From an uncultured Verrucomicrobiota bacterium (GTDB taxonomy: Bacteria > Verrucomicrobiota > Verrucomicrobiia > Limisphaerales > J093), in assembly GCA_964535555.1 (NCBI GenBank), contig CAZHUS010000006.1, positions 9,458-73,457 on the forward strand: a stretch of DNA of 64,000 nt, read 5' to 3'. Shown in pieces: positions 43,901-52,325 of this stretch. Position 1 is the stretch's first letter. The number at the start of each line of letters is the position of its first letter. The position numbers were made by a program, and so were the translations under genes. The notes under the pieces were generated by a model. It did not search any database and was not told the DNA's origin. It saw nothing but the letters and a program-made list of their open reading frames with translations.

Positions 43901-46900
43901 AACTTCACCGAGGCGACCATCATCACCAACGGGGTGCCCATCCTGTACCAGCGCGCCGGCGCGCACTCGCCCCTGATTGGCAAACCGGAGTTCGGGACGA
44001 CCAACCAGTGGCATTTCTACGTCTTCACCAACCGCTACGACACGAACCTCACGGGAGGTGAAACCAACTTCGGCAAGTACGTCGCCTTCCTGACCTTCAC
44101 CCCGCCCAACCTCTCCGTGCCCCGCACGGCGGAGGAAGGCGACATCGACATGTACGTCACCCGCACGGGGCCGGGCGCGGGCGCCAACCCCGGCGCGTCG
44201 AACCTGACCCGTCTGGACCCGGCGCAGATGGCCGCCGCGGCGACGTCCCTGACACGCTTGGGCACGGAGCTCGTGGCCTTTGAGAACGCCGCGATCGGCG
44301 AGGTGTTCTACATCGGCATCAAGTCGGAAGATCAGATGTCCGCGGAGTACGGCATCATCGGGCTGTCCAGCGACGAACCCTTCGGGAGCCTCCTGCCGGA
44401 TGGCAGCTACGAGATCTACGGTCGCCCGCTGCCGCGGGACATACCCGACGGCAGCCCCAACGCCCCGGGAGCCGCGCTCGTCTTCGGGGTGGGGGTGTAT
44501 CCCATGGTGGTTGGCCGCGCGATCGTTTATAACGCGTTCACGCATGAGGAAGCGGGCGACTTGCTGGGCAACCTGAGCCACTCCAGCCGCTTCGTCGTTC
44601 TGAACAACCACAGCCCCGCGCCCGAGGACAACGACGGGTATGTGGCCGCCATCTACGACGACACCGGGAACGCGATCGAGCCGTTGGCCCAGCCCAGCGA
44701 CGGCCCCGGGAGCCTGGTCGATTTTATCGGCAGCCAGGGAACCGGGGTCTGGCAGTTCACGATGATCGACAACGGCCTCGCGCACACCGGCCGGGTCGAG
44801 GAACTCACGATCCGCCTCTTTCCGGCACCCGATCTCATGGCGGGGAGCTTCGTCACGCTGCAGCCCAACCAGTTCAACATCTTCTACGTCGACGTGCCTG
44901 CAGACGCCACGCTGCTGCGCATCCTGCTCTCACAGATGACGCTGCCCATCGACGTCTTTGCCCGGTACGAGGCGCCGCCGACGTTGACGGACTTCGACAA
45001 GTCCGCGCGCATTCCGCCGCCGAGTGGAGAGATGACGGTCGGGCAAACGGACATTCCGCCCCTGCGTCCGGGACGCTACTTCGTCGGGGTTTTCAATCCG
45101 AACGGCGTGGCGACCACCTTCTACATCCGGGCGGCCATCGAGCGCGCCCTGGCTGGTCCGTTGCGCCGCGATCTGGTGGGCACCAACGCCGTGCCGCTCC
45201 AGGACGATTTGCGGATGTTCTTCACCAACTATGTCGACAACGCCCTCGCCGTGGCGGAGGTCATGGTGGGCATCCGGGCCAGCCACCCCCGGCTTTCCGA
45301 TCTCGCGTTCAGTCTCATCAGCCCCCAGGGAACACGCACCATCCTGGCGGAGAACCGCGGCGCCACCAACCGCACCACCTTTGGCTACGACACGGTGAAC
45401 ACGAACTTCCACCACGTCGCGCTCACCTACAGCACCAATACCGGACTCGCCATTCTCTACCTGGACGGAGCCGAGCAGGGGCGCCGCGTGATTGGCCCGG
45501 TCACGCCGGACACGCGTCAGAGCCTCCACCTGGGCCGGCAGCCCGCGTCGAACTTCGGCTTCTCCGGCCAGTTCCTGGGGCAACTGGACGAGGTCGATCT
45601 GTACGGTCGAGCCCTGCAGGCCTCGGAGATCCTGGGAATCTACCGCTATGGCGGCGCCGGGAAGCCTACGAATGAACTGGTCAGCCGTTGGAGCTTCGAC
45701 GGAAACGGCGCCGACTCCATGGGGAACAATCCCGCCTCCGTCCTCGGGCCCACCTTTGTGCCCGGCAGGTTCCGTGGCGGGCTGGACTTCCGCGCCGAGG
45801 GCGATCACGTGCTGGTCACGAACTCCTCCGGGCTCGATGTTGGTCTTCGGAGCGGCTTCACCCTGGACGCCTGGGTGAATCCGTTCGACCTCAGCACCAA
45901 TCGCGTCCTGGCCGCCTGGAGCAACGGCACCAACACCCTGGGCGTCGAATTCGGCATCCGCGCCGGCTCGCTCACGAACCTCGCCCCCGGAGTGCTTTAT
46001 GCGAATCTGCGCGACCGATCCGGATCCAACCACGTGGTGGAAGCAGCCACCCAGGGTCTGATTCGGACCAACGGGTTTTTCACGAACGTCGTCTATGTCA
46101 GTTTCACGGACGACACCAACCTGGCGTTGGTCCCGATCAAGTTTGCCGAGCCCGACACGGCTCCCATCGCGCAATCCACCAACCGGCTCGTGAGCGGCTT
46201 CGAGGCGCCGACCTCAAGCCGCGTTACCACGCTGAACGTCGATGACGTCTTCGATGGCTGGACGGTGGATGCGGGCCGGCCTTCGGTGCTGACCGGGCCT
46301 CTGGCCCACACCGGCACGAACCTGCTGGTCCTCCGTGATGGCTCCATCTACGCCTCGGTGCCCACCGTGCCCGATCGCGCGTACCGGCTCCAATTCGCCC
46401 ATCGGCGCGAGCCGCTGCCCGACGATGCGGTGAGTTGGTGGGATGGCCAGGACAGCCTGACTGACATCCTCAGCACCAACGACGCGCTGGCTTTCGATGA
46501 CCTCGCTTTCGCGGCGGGGAAGGTGGGACGCAGCTTCGCCCTCACCAACACCGCCCGGTTGGAGGTGCCGCACGCCGACGCGCTTAGTTTGACCAACGAA
46601 CTCAGCATCGAATTCTGGTACCTGGCCCGTAATTACGGTCCGGCCGGTACGAATCTGATCTACAAGGCCGAACCGGCGGAGCCGACGCTTTTGAACTACT
46701 TCGTGAATCTGTCCTCCGCGGGCGTCGACGTCGGCTTCAACGATCCGGACCAGCCCGGCGTGGGATCCGATCTGGCCAACGGCGTCGAGGGCATTCGCTA
46801 CAATCCGCTGCCGGCCCTCAACGTCTTCCATCACCTCGCGGCAACGTTCCGGCAGGTGACTCCAACCCAGGTCGAGTTGACGCTGTACCTGGACGGCGTC

Positions 46901-49408
46901 GCGCAGCGGGCCAAGGTGCTCAACGGCCTCCTGGTGAACACGGCCAGTGCGGGGCCGCTGGTCATCGGCCGTGGGGACTTCGACGGACTGCTGGATGAGA
47001 TCACCGTTTACAGCCGGGCCCTGAGGGCCGACGAGGTCCAGGAGATCTTCTGGATGGACGCGCTGGGTAAGGCCCGTCCGCCCGCCCTGCCGGCCACGTT
47101 GGTGCGCGTCGATCGCGCGGCGAACACCGTGTTCGCCTCCGACCCTCTCTGGTTGACCAACGGTCTCACGTTCCTCGCCACCCGCACCAACACCCTGGTC
47201 GAGATTGTCGGCGTACAGCCGGGGGTGATGCTGGATTCGGTCGAAGTGCGCGAGCTCCCGGCTACCACCTTCTTCCCGGAGGAACCCCTGAAGCCGTTCG
47301 TGGGCGAGAACGCCCTGGGCGACTGGAAGCTGGAGGTGGTCGACCGACGGGTTGGCGCCACGAATGACCTGTTGGACGCCTTCATTCGCTGGCAGTTGCA
47401 GCTCACCTTTGCGCCGATCGTCGTCCCCGCGGTCACCCTTACAAACGGGGTGATCTACACGAACACACTCCCTGCCGGACAGGCCCGCTACTTCATCGTG
47501 GACGTGCCGCTCGAGGCCCGACGCGCCACCAACACCCTGGGGGCGACGGTCCCGCTTGACCTCTGGTTCAATCATGCCGGCATCCCGACCTACGGCGCTT
47601 CGGGCACCGATTACCACGTCCTGACGAACCTGTCCTCCGGCATCGCGGTGGTCCTTACCAACGAAATGCAGGTGCGGGACACCAACCACACGTTGGTGGC
47701 TTCCGCCCCCGCGCCGGTCCTCGAGCCGGGGCAGCGATACTATCTCGCCCTGACCAACCAATCGGCGACATCGACGCCGTTCTCCATCCAGGTCGATTTT
47801 GACCAGGTGACCGGGGACATCGCCGGCGTCCGGAATCTCGGTTGGGGGCAGGTGATTCGCACCAACATCGCCGCGGGAACGGCGATGCAGTTTTTCCGCT
47901 ACAACGTCACCAGCAATGCGATCGGGGCTTCGTTCCAGGTCACGCCCACGGACGGGGATGTCCACCTCTACCTGCGCAAAGGGACGACCTCGCGGAACCC
48001 GCTGCCCACCCCGCAAACGTTCGACTACGCCAGCGAGAACGTGGGCACCAATCCCGAGACGATTCTCGTCACCCAGGATTCCGTCCCCGTTCCGCTGAGC
48101 AGTGGACCCTGGTACCTGGGCGTCCTCAACGTCGATACGCACCCGGTGAACTACTCGGTTCGGGTCCTCGAATATACCAACGTCACCGACCAGGTGATTG
48201 ACCTGCAGCCGGACGTGACGCAGACCGCGACGGTGAACCCGGCCGGACTCAGCCGGCTGTACTTCCGGTTCACCGCCACCGGGTCGCCGGCGGCAGTTCA
48301 GTTTGACCTTGCGGGTCTCACCGGCAACGCGGAGCTCTACGTCAAGCAGGGATCCAACCCGTCGCCTTTTGACTATGAGTTCATGGATGCCGCGGCACCG
48401 GGCCTGCCCGCCCGTCTGGTCATCCGGACCTCGGTCAGCGGCGCCAACCTGAACGGCGAGTGGTACTTGCAGGTCTACAACCTCGAAGCGGGCCCGATCT
48501 CGTTCGGCATCACGGCGTCCTATCCACCACCAGGACCCGTCATCTGGAATCTGCGGGATTCCATTCCGTTCCAGGCGACGCTGGGAGCCGACCTTCCCGG
48601 TCAACAACCGGTTCCGCAGTATTTCTCGTTCATCGTGCCGGAAGGTGCCACGAACGTTCTGTTCCAGCTCACGCCCTTGAACGGCAATGTGGACATGCTG
48701 GTGCGCCGGGGGGCTTTGCCCGATCTGGCCAACTTCGACTACTTCAGCTTCAACGGCGGCACGGCGGTGGAGGCGATTGTGGTCGATGCCGAGTCGCTTC
48801 CCGCGCCCTTGGCTCCGGGAGAGTGGTTTGTGGCCGTGTACAGCGGCGCCACCACCTCCACCACCTACGAGATGCTGGCCAGGAGCCTGCCCCCGGGGCT
48901 CAGCGGTGAGGTCACCATCGATCCCCACGTGGAGATCGGCGTCAACGGCGTCACGATCCGCTGGACGGCGGCGCCCAACCTCAACTTCCAGGTTCAATAC
49001 GCCACCCGCATCGCCGCCGACGGCAGCATTCCATGGATCACCATTCCGGGACTGGTGACCTCGTCCACCACGGCCTACGCGTTTACGGACGACGGCTCTC
49101 AGACGGGGGGGCTGGGCGCTTTCAAGTTCTATCGGGTGGTCCTGGTTTCGTCGGGGGGCGGCGGCGTCCTCCTGGATCCGCACGTGCAATTCGATGGTGC
49201 CGTTGCGGTGCTCCGATGGAGTGCCGATCCTGATCTGAACTTCCAGGTGGAGTACGCCACCAGCTTCCGGGCGAACGGCAGCCCGGCCTGGGTGGCCGTG
49301 CCGGGCTCCGTCACTTCGACGACGGGGAACTACGAGTTCCGGGATGACGGGTCGCTGACGGGCGGCGCTGCCGCGATGAAACTCTACCGGGTGCGGCAGC
49401 TTCCGTAA
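40991..49408 (+). CDS. Giant (2805 aa) secreted subtilisin-family (S8) peptidase with P-domains, LamG domains and PPC-like repeats
   Basis: Signal anchor FWSVISVLAFVAAILCW. I9-like propeptide (AYIVQARG...NAYLVRL). Catalytic residues D326 (NDTG), H354 (HGTHVAG), NNSWG and S729 (GTSASAAAVSG). P-domain-like HPRLSDLAFSLISPQGT. LamG signatures LDEVDLYGRAL and LDEITVYSRAL. PPC-like GDVHLYLRKG, GNAELYVKQG and GNVDMLVRRG. Two C-terminal FYR modules. Confidence 0.9.
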   Translation: MRSRFWSVISVLAFVAAILCWLEGDRRRAANAPPVAPASAAPAPATNEPGAGAAAPQGVRLLSNPGILMRQPAVVTATSGGPAPAASPDALLPMRLRNVDAPLGELSRRDTAVLLRNALIDTAGQEPLDVPAVLRSTDAPGAYIVQARGNTTDGLRERIRAAGGRLVSYVPNNAYLVRLSPAGAAELQDIAQAVLPFDPYFKLEPGLLKPALEGTPPDEGALLLITGYAEDRDATLESLQGLGAAVLVEGRGNVGFGPEPQFLVDPRGASFAALAGLAGVQLIEASHERSLLVDLTRERLGVALDTVTLTNHLGLTGSNVWVNVNDTGIWGDHPDLEGRVFAHGTNLLEDPYGHGTHVAGIIASTGANGPTGTNVPPGSLTNATFRGFATNASLFVLPVDPVTGPLVSDTFLQEVAAATNYNTLERTNALISNNSWGYARAFEYNSAAASYDAAVRDSLPDQTGSQPVMYVFAAGNAGFGNNVGSGGFPGSITSPGTAKNVITVGAVENLREITLEVVSTNQVTNIVDGEFVVTNVVETNQIPIEISDSNDEIAAFSSRGNVGLGVEGDRGRFKPDLVAPGVFIASTRATNWTVDFIRTNSTVFTYPAQVVQPEDWNNYSIQVPALAKRLTISTVPEPASPDPFPALRIYTLYGAPPTPADLQGTGEVVIDDPQEGPWYYAVENPTQTPVTFTLRVRIDVQIDSDDYLDLITDINEPLEPYYRFDTGTSASAAAVSGMLALMQEFFERQIEQPYSPALMKALLINGARSVSPLYNLEVRSQVNYQGWGLPLFTNVLPATITNNLEKLEEWPLRWVDQHPTNALATGETHAYDLEVPTNAILSDLRVTLVWTDPPGNPAASIKLVNDLDLVVSNKTTGTWYFGNDIPASSDYNRPNTTNEIVGLPDNINNVENVFLRQPIDTNYTVLVSARRVNVNAVTAHTNGIVQDYALVMSVGGTNALKLTPQTPVATNFTEATIITNGVPILYQRAGAHSPLIGKPEFGTTNQWHFYVFTNRYDTNLTGGETNFGKYVAFLTFTPPNLSVPRTAEEGDIDMYVTRTGPGAGANPGASNLTRLDPAQMAAAATSLTRLGTELVAFENAAIGEVFYIGIKSEDQMSAEYGIIGLSSDEPFGSLLPDGSYEIYGRPLPRDIPDGSPNAPGAALVFGVGVYPMVVGRAIVYNAFTHEEAGDLLGNLSHSSRFVVLNNHSPAPEDNDGYVAAIYDDTGNAIEPLAQPSDGPGSLVDFIGSQGTGVWQFTMIDNGLAHTGRVEELTIRLFPAPDLMAGSFVTLQPNQFNIFYVDVPADATLLRILLSQMTLPIDVFARYEAPPTLTDFDKSARIPPPSGEMTVGQTDIPPLRPGRYFVGVFNPNGVATTFYIRAAIERALAGPLRRDLVGTNAVPLQDDLRMFFTNYVDNALAVAEVMVGIRASHPRLSDLAFSLISPQGTRTILAENRGATNRTTFGYDTVNTNFHHVALTYSTNTGLAILYLDGAEQGRRVIGPVTPDTRQSLHLGRQPASNFGFSGQFLGQLDEVDLYGRALQASEILGIYRYGGAGKPTNELVSRWSFDGNGADSMGNNPASVLGPTFVPGRFRGGLDFRAEGDHVLVTNSSGLDVGLRSGFTLDAWVNPFDLSTNRVLAAWSNGTNTLGVEFGIRAGSLTNLAPGVLYANLRDRSGSNHVVEAATQGLIRTNGFFTNVVYVSFTDDTNLALVPIKFAEPDTAPIAQSTNRLVSGFEAPTSSRVTTLNVDDVFDGWTVDAGRPSVLTGPLAHTGTNLLVLRDGSIYASVPTVPDRAYRLQFAHRREPLPDDAVSWWDGQDSLTDILSTNDALAFDDLAFAAGKVGRSFALTNTARLEVPHADALSLTNELSIEFWYLARNYGPAGTNLIYKAEPAEPTLLNYFVNLSSAGVDVGFNDPDQPGVGSDLANGVEGIRYNPLPALNVFHHLAATFRQVTPTQVELTLYLDGVAQRAKVLNGLLVNTASAGPLVIGRGDFDGLLDEITVYSRALRADEVQEIFWMDALGKARPPALPATLVRVDRAANTVFASDPLWLTNGLTFLATRTNTLVEIVGVQPGVMLDSVEVRELPATTFFPEEPLKPFVGENALGDWKLEVVDRRVGATNDLLDAFIRWQLQLTFAPIVVPAVTLTNGVIYTNTLPAGQARYFIVDVPLEARRATNTLGATVPLDLWFNHAGIPTYGASGTDYHVLTNLSSGIAVVLTNEMQVRDTNHTLVASAPAPVLEPGQRYYLALTNQSATSTPFSIQVDFDQVTGDIAGVRNLGWGQVIRTNIAAGTAMQFFRYNVTSNAIGASFQVTPTDGDVHLYLRKGTTSRNPLPTPQTFDYASENVGTNPETILVTQDSVPVPLSSGPWYLGVLNVDTHPVNYSVRVLEYTNVTDQVIDLQPDVTQTATVNPAGLSRLYFRFTATGSPAAVQFDLAGLTGNAELYVKQGSNPSPFDYEFMDAAAPGLPARLVIRTSVSGANLNGEWYLQVYNLEAGPISFGITASYPPPGPVIWNLRDSIPFQATLGADLPGQQPVPQYFSFIVPEGATNVLFQLTPLNGNVDMLVRRGALPDLANFDYFSFNGGTAVEAIVVDAESLPAPLAPGEWFVAVYSGATTSTTYEMLARSLPPGLSGEVTIDPHVEIGVNGVTIRWTAAPNLNFQVQYATRIAADGSIPWITIPGLVTSSTTAYAFTDDGSQTGGLGAFKFYRVVLVSSGGGGVLLDPHVQFDGAVAVLRWSADPDLNFQVEYATSFRANGSPAWVAVPGSVTSTTGNYEFRDDGSLTGGAAAMKLYRVRQLP

Positions 49409-49521
49409 GCCTTGATTCCAGATTTCCTAATGACTGGCGTGGGTTATCAGTAGAATCTTCTTGGCGCCTTCTTTGGGGGGTGGCAAGGTCGTCACGAATG
49501 GGCCATCCGCCCGTGACGAAA

Positions 49522-49902
49522 ATGAAAATTATCGAGCAGTGCTTCAGGCTGCAGGAATTGGAACTTGGTGCCACGGCCGGTACCGCGGCCTCCAGGCAGG
49601 AAGCGCAGTCGCTTCGAACGGAATTGCCACCCACGGTTCTGGGTCATTACGATCGCCTCGTCTCCCGAGGCAAACGGGCAGTCGCTCTCGTTCGGCATGG
49701 GGTTTGCAGCGGGTGCCAGATGCAACTCCCCTCGGGCTTGTTCGCCAAGCTCCTTCGAGACGACGACATCTGCGTCTGTGAGAACTGTGCCCGGTACCTC
49801 AAGGTAGCTCCTCAAGCTCCGGTCCCGGTCGAGCCGCCCCCGGTCAAGCGCGCGCCTCGACGCCGCCGCGCTGCGGCTTCGATGGAAGCGGTCGCAGCCT
49901 GA
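49522..49902 (+). CDS. C4-type zinc-ribbon protein (COG1579-like C-terminal region)
   Basis: Start trimmed to ATG 49522 (MKIIEQ). CSGCQMQLP...CVCENC zinc ribbon preceded by LLGHYDRL, as in DUF164-type proteins. Confidence 0.55.
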   Translation: MKIIEQCFRLQELELGATAGTAASRQEAQSLRTELPPTVLGHYDRLVSRGKRAVALVRHGVCSGCQMQLPSGLFAKLLRDDDICVCENCARYLKVAPQAPVPVEPPPVKRAPRRRRAAASMEAVAA

Positions 49903-49927
49903 GCGGTTTCGACTCCCCTTCCGACAA

Positions 49928-49960
49928 CGCCGCCCGGCCTTGTGCCGGGCGACGCTTTTT
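49928..49960 (+). terminator. Intrinsic terminator
   Basis: 11-bp stem CGCCGCCCGGC / GCCGGGCGACG with one mismatch and loop CTTGT, followed by CTTTTT. 26 nt after the stop at 49902. Confidence 0.65.
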
Positions 49961-50036
49961 CGGGAACCTGTTTCTATTCGGGTTCGGGCGCGAGACCACG
50001 CGTGACATGGACCGAACTCCGGTGTAGTAGCGGCCC

Positions 50037-51257
50037 ATGAACAGTTCTCACCCCGGATCCTCGCAGGTCGCTTCGCGCCGGTCCTTTCTGAAAACCTTGG
50101 GAGCCACCGCGGCCGCGGCCGGACTCCCGCTTGACGCGCACACGCAAGCCCCTGCGATTGCGGGCTTCGAGCAGGCGCCGACAACGGCTGACGATTCCCG
50201 CGGGTGGCAGCCGGTTACGGATCGCCGCCTGCGCGTGGGGATCGTCGGTTACGGGGTCTGCCGCTTCGGGGCGGCATTCAGCTTCCAGGATCATCCCAAC
50301 GTCGAGATCGTCGCCGTCAGCGACCTGGTACCCGACCAGTGCGCCGGCCTTGCGAAGGCGTGTCGTTGCGACAAGACCTACCCTTCGCTTGAAGCCCTCG
50401 TGAAGGATGACCGGATCGAGGCGGTCTTCGTGGCCACCGACGCCCCCAGCCACGCGCGTCACTGCCTCGAGGTGCTCAAGCACGGCAAGCACGTGGCCTC
50501 CGCCGTCCCGGCGGTCTTTGGCTCGCTGGAGGATGCGGATCAACTTTACCGCGCCGTGAAGGCGAGCGGGCTCAAGTACATGCTGTTCGAGACCTCCTGC
50601 TATCACGAGGACCTGCACGCCATGCGCGAGATCTACCGCGCGGGAGGCCTGGGCGAGATCGTCTATTCCGAAGGCGAGTACTATCACTACATGGAGCAAC
50701 CGATTCCGTCCTATAAGGACTGGCGGGTGGGACTGCCGCCCCAGTGGTATCCGACGCATTCGAACGCGTATCATCTCGGGGTCACGCGGGGCAGCTTCAC
50801 CGAGGTGTCCTGTCTGGGAATGCCCAGCAAGATTCCTCATTTGCAGGCCGGGAACAATCGCTACGGCAACCCGTTCGGCACCGAGATCGCCTTGTTCCGC
50901 ACGCGGGAAGGCGGCATGTCACGCATGGCGGTCAGCTGGGACACGCCCGGGGACGAAGGGGAACGAGGCCGGGTTCGGGGGCAGCGCGGAACCTACCACA
51001 ATCAGTACCAGGGCCTTGAAAAGCAGTTGCCAGGCACCAGGCGTCCGCCGCTCCCCCCGAAGGTCGAGGCGGGCGGCCACGGTGGCTCGCACGGCCATCT
51101 GATGAACGAGTTCGTGACCGCCATCCTGGAGAACCGCGACCCGCTCGTGGACGTGGCCCTTGCCCTCAACATGACGGTCGCCGGAATTGTTGCCCATCAG
51201 TCTGCTCTCAAGGGCGGGGAGTGGATGAAGATCCCGCAGTACCGGCTGAACGCCTGA
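50037..51257 (+). CDS. TAT-signal Gfo/Idh/MocA family oxidoreductase
   Basis: SRRSFLKTLGATAAAAG twin-arginine signal, RVGIVGYGVCRFG Rossmann start, and a typical Gfo/Idh/MocA body. Confidence 0.8.
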   Translation: MNSSHPGSSQVASRRSFLKTLGATAAAAGLPLDAHTQAPAIAGFEQAPTTADDSRGWQPVTDRRLRVGIVGYGVCRFGAAFSFQDHPNVEIVAVSDLVPDQCAGLAKACRCDKTYPSLEALVKDDRIEAVFVATDAPSHARHCLEVLKHGKHVASAVPAVFGSLEDADQLYRAVKASGLKYMLFETSCYHEDLHAMREIYRAGGLGEIVYSEGEYYHYMEQPIPSYKDWRVGLPPQWYPTHSNAYHLGVTRGSFTEVSCLGMPSKIPHLQAGNNRYGNPFGTEIALFRTREGGMSRMAVSWDTPGDEGERGRVRGQRGTYHNQYQGLEKQLPGTRRPPLPPKVEAGGHGGSHGHLMNEFVTAILENRDPLVDVALALNMTVAGIVAHQSALKGGEWMKIPQYRLNA

Positions 51258-51350
51258 GCCAGGTCCAGGCTGGCGTCGACCGCACGACGGTGTGGCGCTG
51301 GTTAAGGCGGCATGGTCTCGATCGGGATGGCGACGGTGAGGGCGCGGCTC

Positions 51351-52205
51351 CTACCGCCGGAACATGAATTGACTCCCGACCGCACACGTGGTGACGCGAT
51401 CCGGGAAGGCGGTCCAGAGCCGCGCGGTGGCAGCCTGCCCGGTGCAGTGCGCCGGCCCGAGGACCTTCAAGCCCTTTTGTTCAAGCCCGGCGAGCGTCTG
51501 GTTCAGGCGGTTCCCCGTGGCCGCGAGGAGATGAAAACCTCCCAGCACGGCGTGGATTGGCCGGCCGGCGGTGAGGTCGCGGATGTAGTGCAAGGTGTTG
51601 ATGACGCCCGCGTGAGCGCAACCCAGCAGCACCACCACGCCTTCCGTCGTGTCGAAGAACAGGGCCTGGTCGTCCCACAACGGGTCCGGCTGCGCGCCGT
51701 CCGGGTCGAGGTAGAAACGCCCGCCCGTGTCTTCGAAGGCCGTTCGTCGGGGGATTTCGCCGGTGACAAAGATGCCCTTCAACACCTCGGTCGGCTGCCG
51801 TGTCCAGGTGACCGCCGGCGCCGTCTGTTCGAGTTGGCGGGCGGTTGCCTCGTTCATGCCCACAGAACGCGCGCTTCCGTCCGGTTTCCCCGAGAACTTG
51901 GGTTTCACAGATTCAGGGTGCAGATACACCCGGGCCTGCGGGGCGCACTGCCAGACGGCGGGGAGCCCGCCGGTGTGATCATAATGGCCGTGACTCAACG
52001 CGACGGCCTGAACCGCCCTTAGATCGAGGCCGAGGACGGCGGCATTGCGCCGGAGCAGGTCGGTCTGCCCGGTGTCGAACAGGAGCTGACCGGCGTGGGT
52101 TCGCACGTGGAAGGCGAGCCCGTGCTCGGCCTGGAGCTCGCGGCCGTGCACGGAGTTCTCGACCAACACCGTGACGCAGATGGCGTTGTCTGGGTTCGTT
52201 TCCAT
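51351..52205 (-). CDS. MBL-fold metallo-hydrolase (COG1237-like)
   Basis: Start trimmed to ATG 52205 (METNPDNAICVTVLVENS...EHGLAFHV). ALSHGHYDHTGG metal motif. The upstream sigma-54 promoter excludes the longer ORF-track start. Confidence 0.75.
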   Translation of the reverse strand: METNPDNAICVTVLVENSVHGRELQAEHGLAFHVRTHAGQLLFDTGQTDLLRRNAAVLGLDLRAVQAVALSHGHYDHTGGLPAVWQCAPQARVYLHPESVKPKFSGKPDGSARSVGMNEATARQLEQTAPAVTWTRQPTEVLKGIFVTGEIPRRTAFEDTGGRFYLDPDGAQPDPLWDDQALFFDTTEGVVVLLGCAHAGVINTLHYIRDLTAGRPIHAVLGGFHLLAATGNRLNQTLAGLEQKGLKVLGPAHCTGQAATARLWTAFPDRVTTCAVGSQFMFRR

Positions 52206-52224
52206 GTTGAGAGCGGCTGGATCA

Positions 52225-52241
52225 AAGCACCGCGGGTGCCA
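52225..52241 (-). promoter_or_regulatory. Candidate sigma-54 (-24/-12) promoter for the MBL hydrolase gene
   Basis: Minus strand reads TGGCACCCGCGGTGCTT (TGGCAC-N5-GTGC), with canonical GG-to-GC spacing. The GC element is about 22 nt upstream of ATG 52205. Confidence 0.55.
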
Positions 52242-52325
52242 CATCCAGGATCCGGTGAGGCACGGGCCGGCGACCTGTAGGCCGGGTCCCCCCAACCCGG
52301 CGGGAGCGGTTCAGGGTAACGGCGC

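Noticed and set aside
37830-49189. Very long minus-strand ORFs antisense to the giant genes: 37830..40973 (1047 aa), 40973..44785 (1270 aa), 44930..46174 (414 aa) and 46214..49189 (991 aa).
   Set aside because: Their translations are low-complexity R/G/V/D/P-rich strings with no motifs, typical of high-GC antisense shadow frames. The plus-strand frames carry clear S8, LamG, P-domain and pseudopilin motifs and secreted-protein composition.
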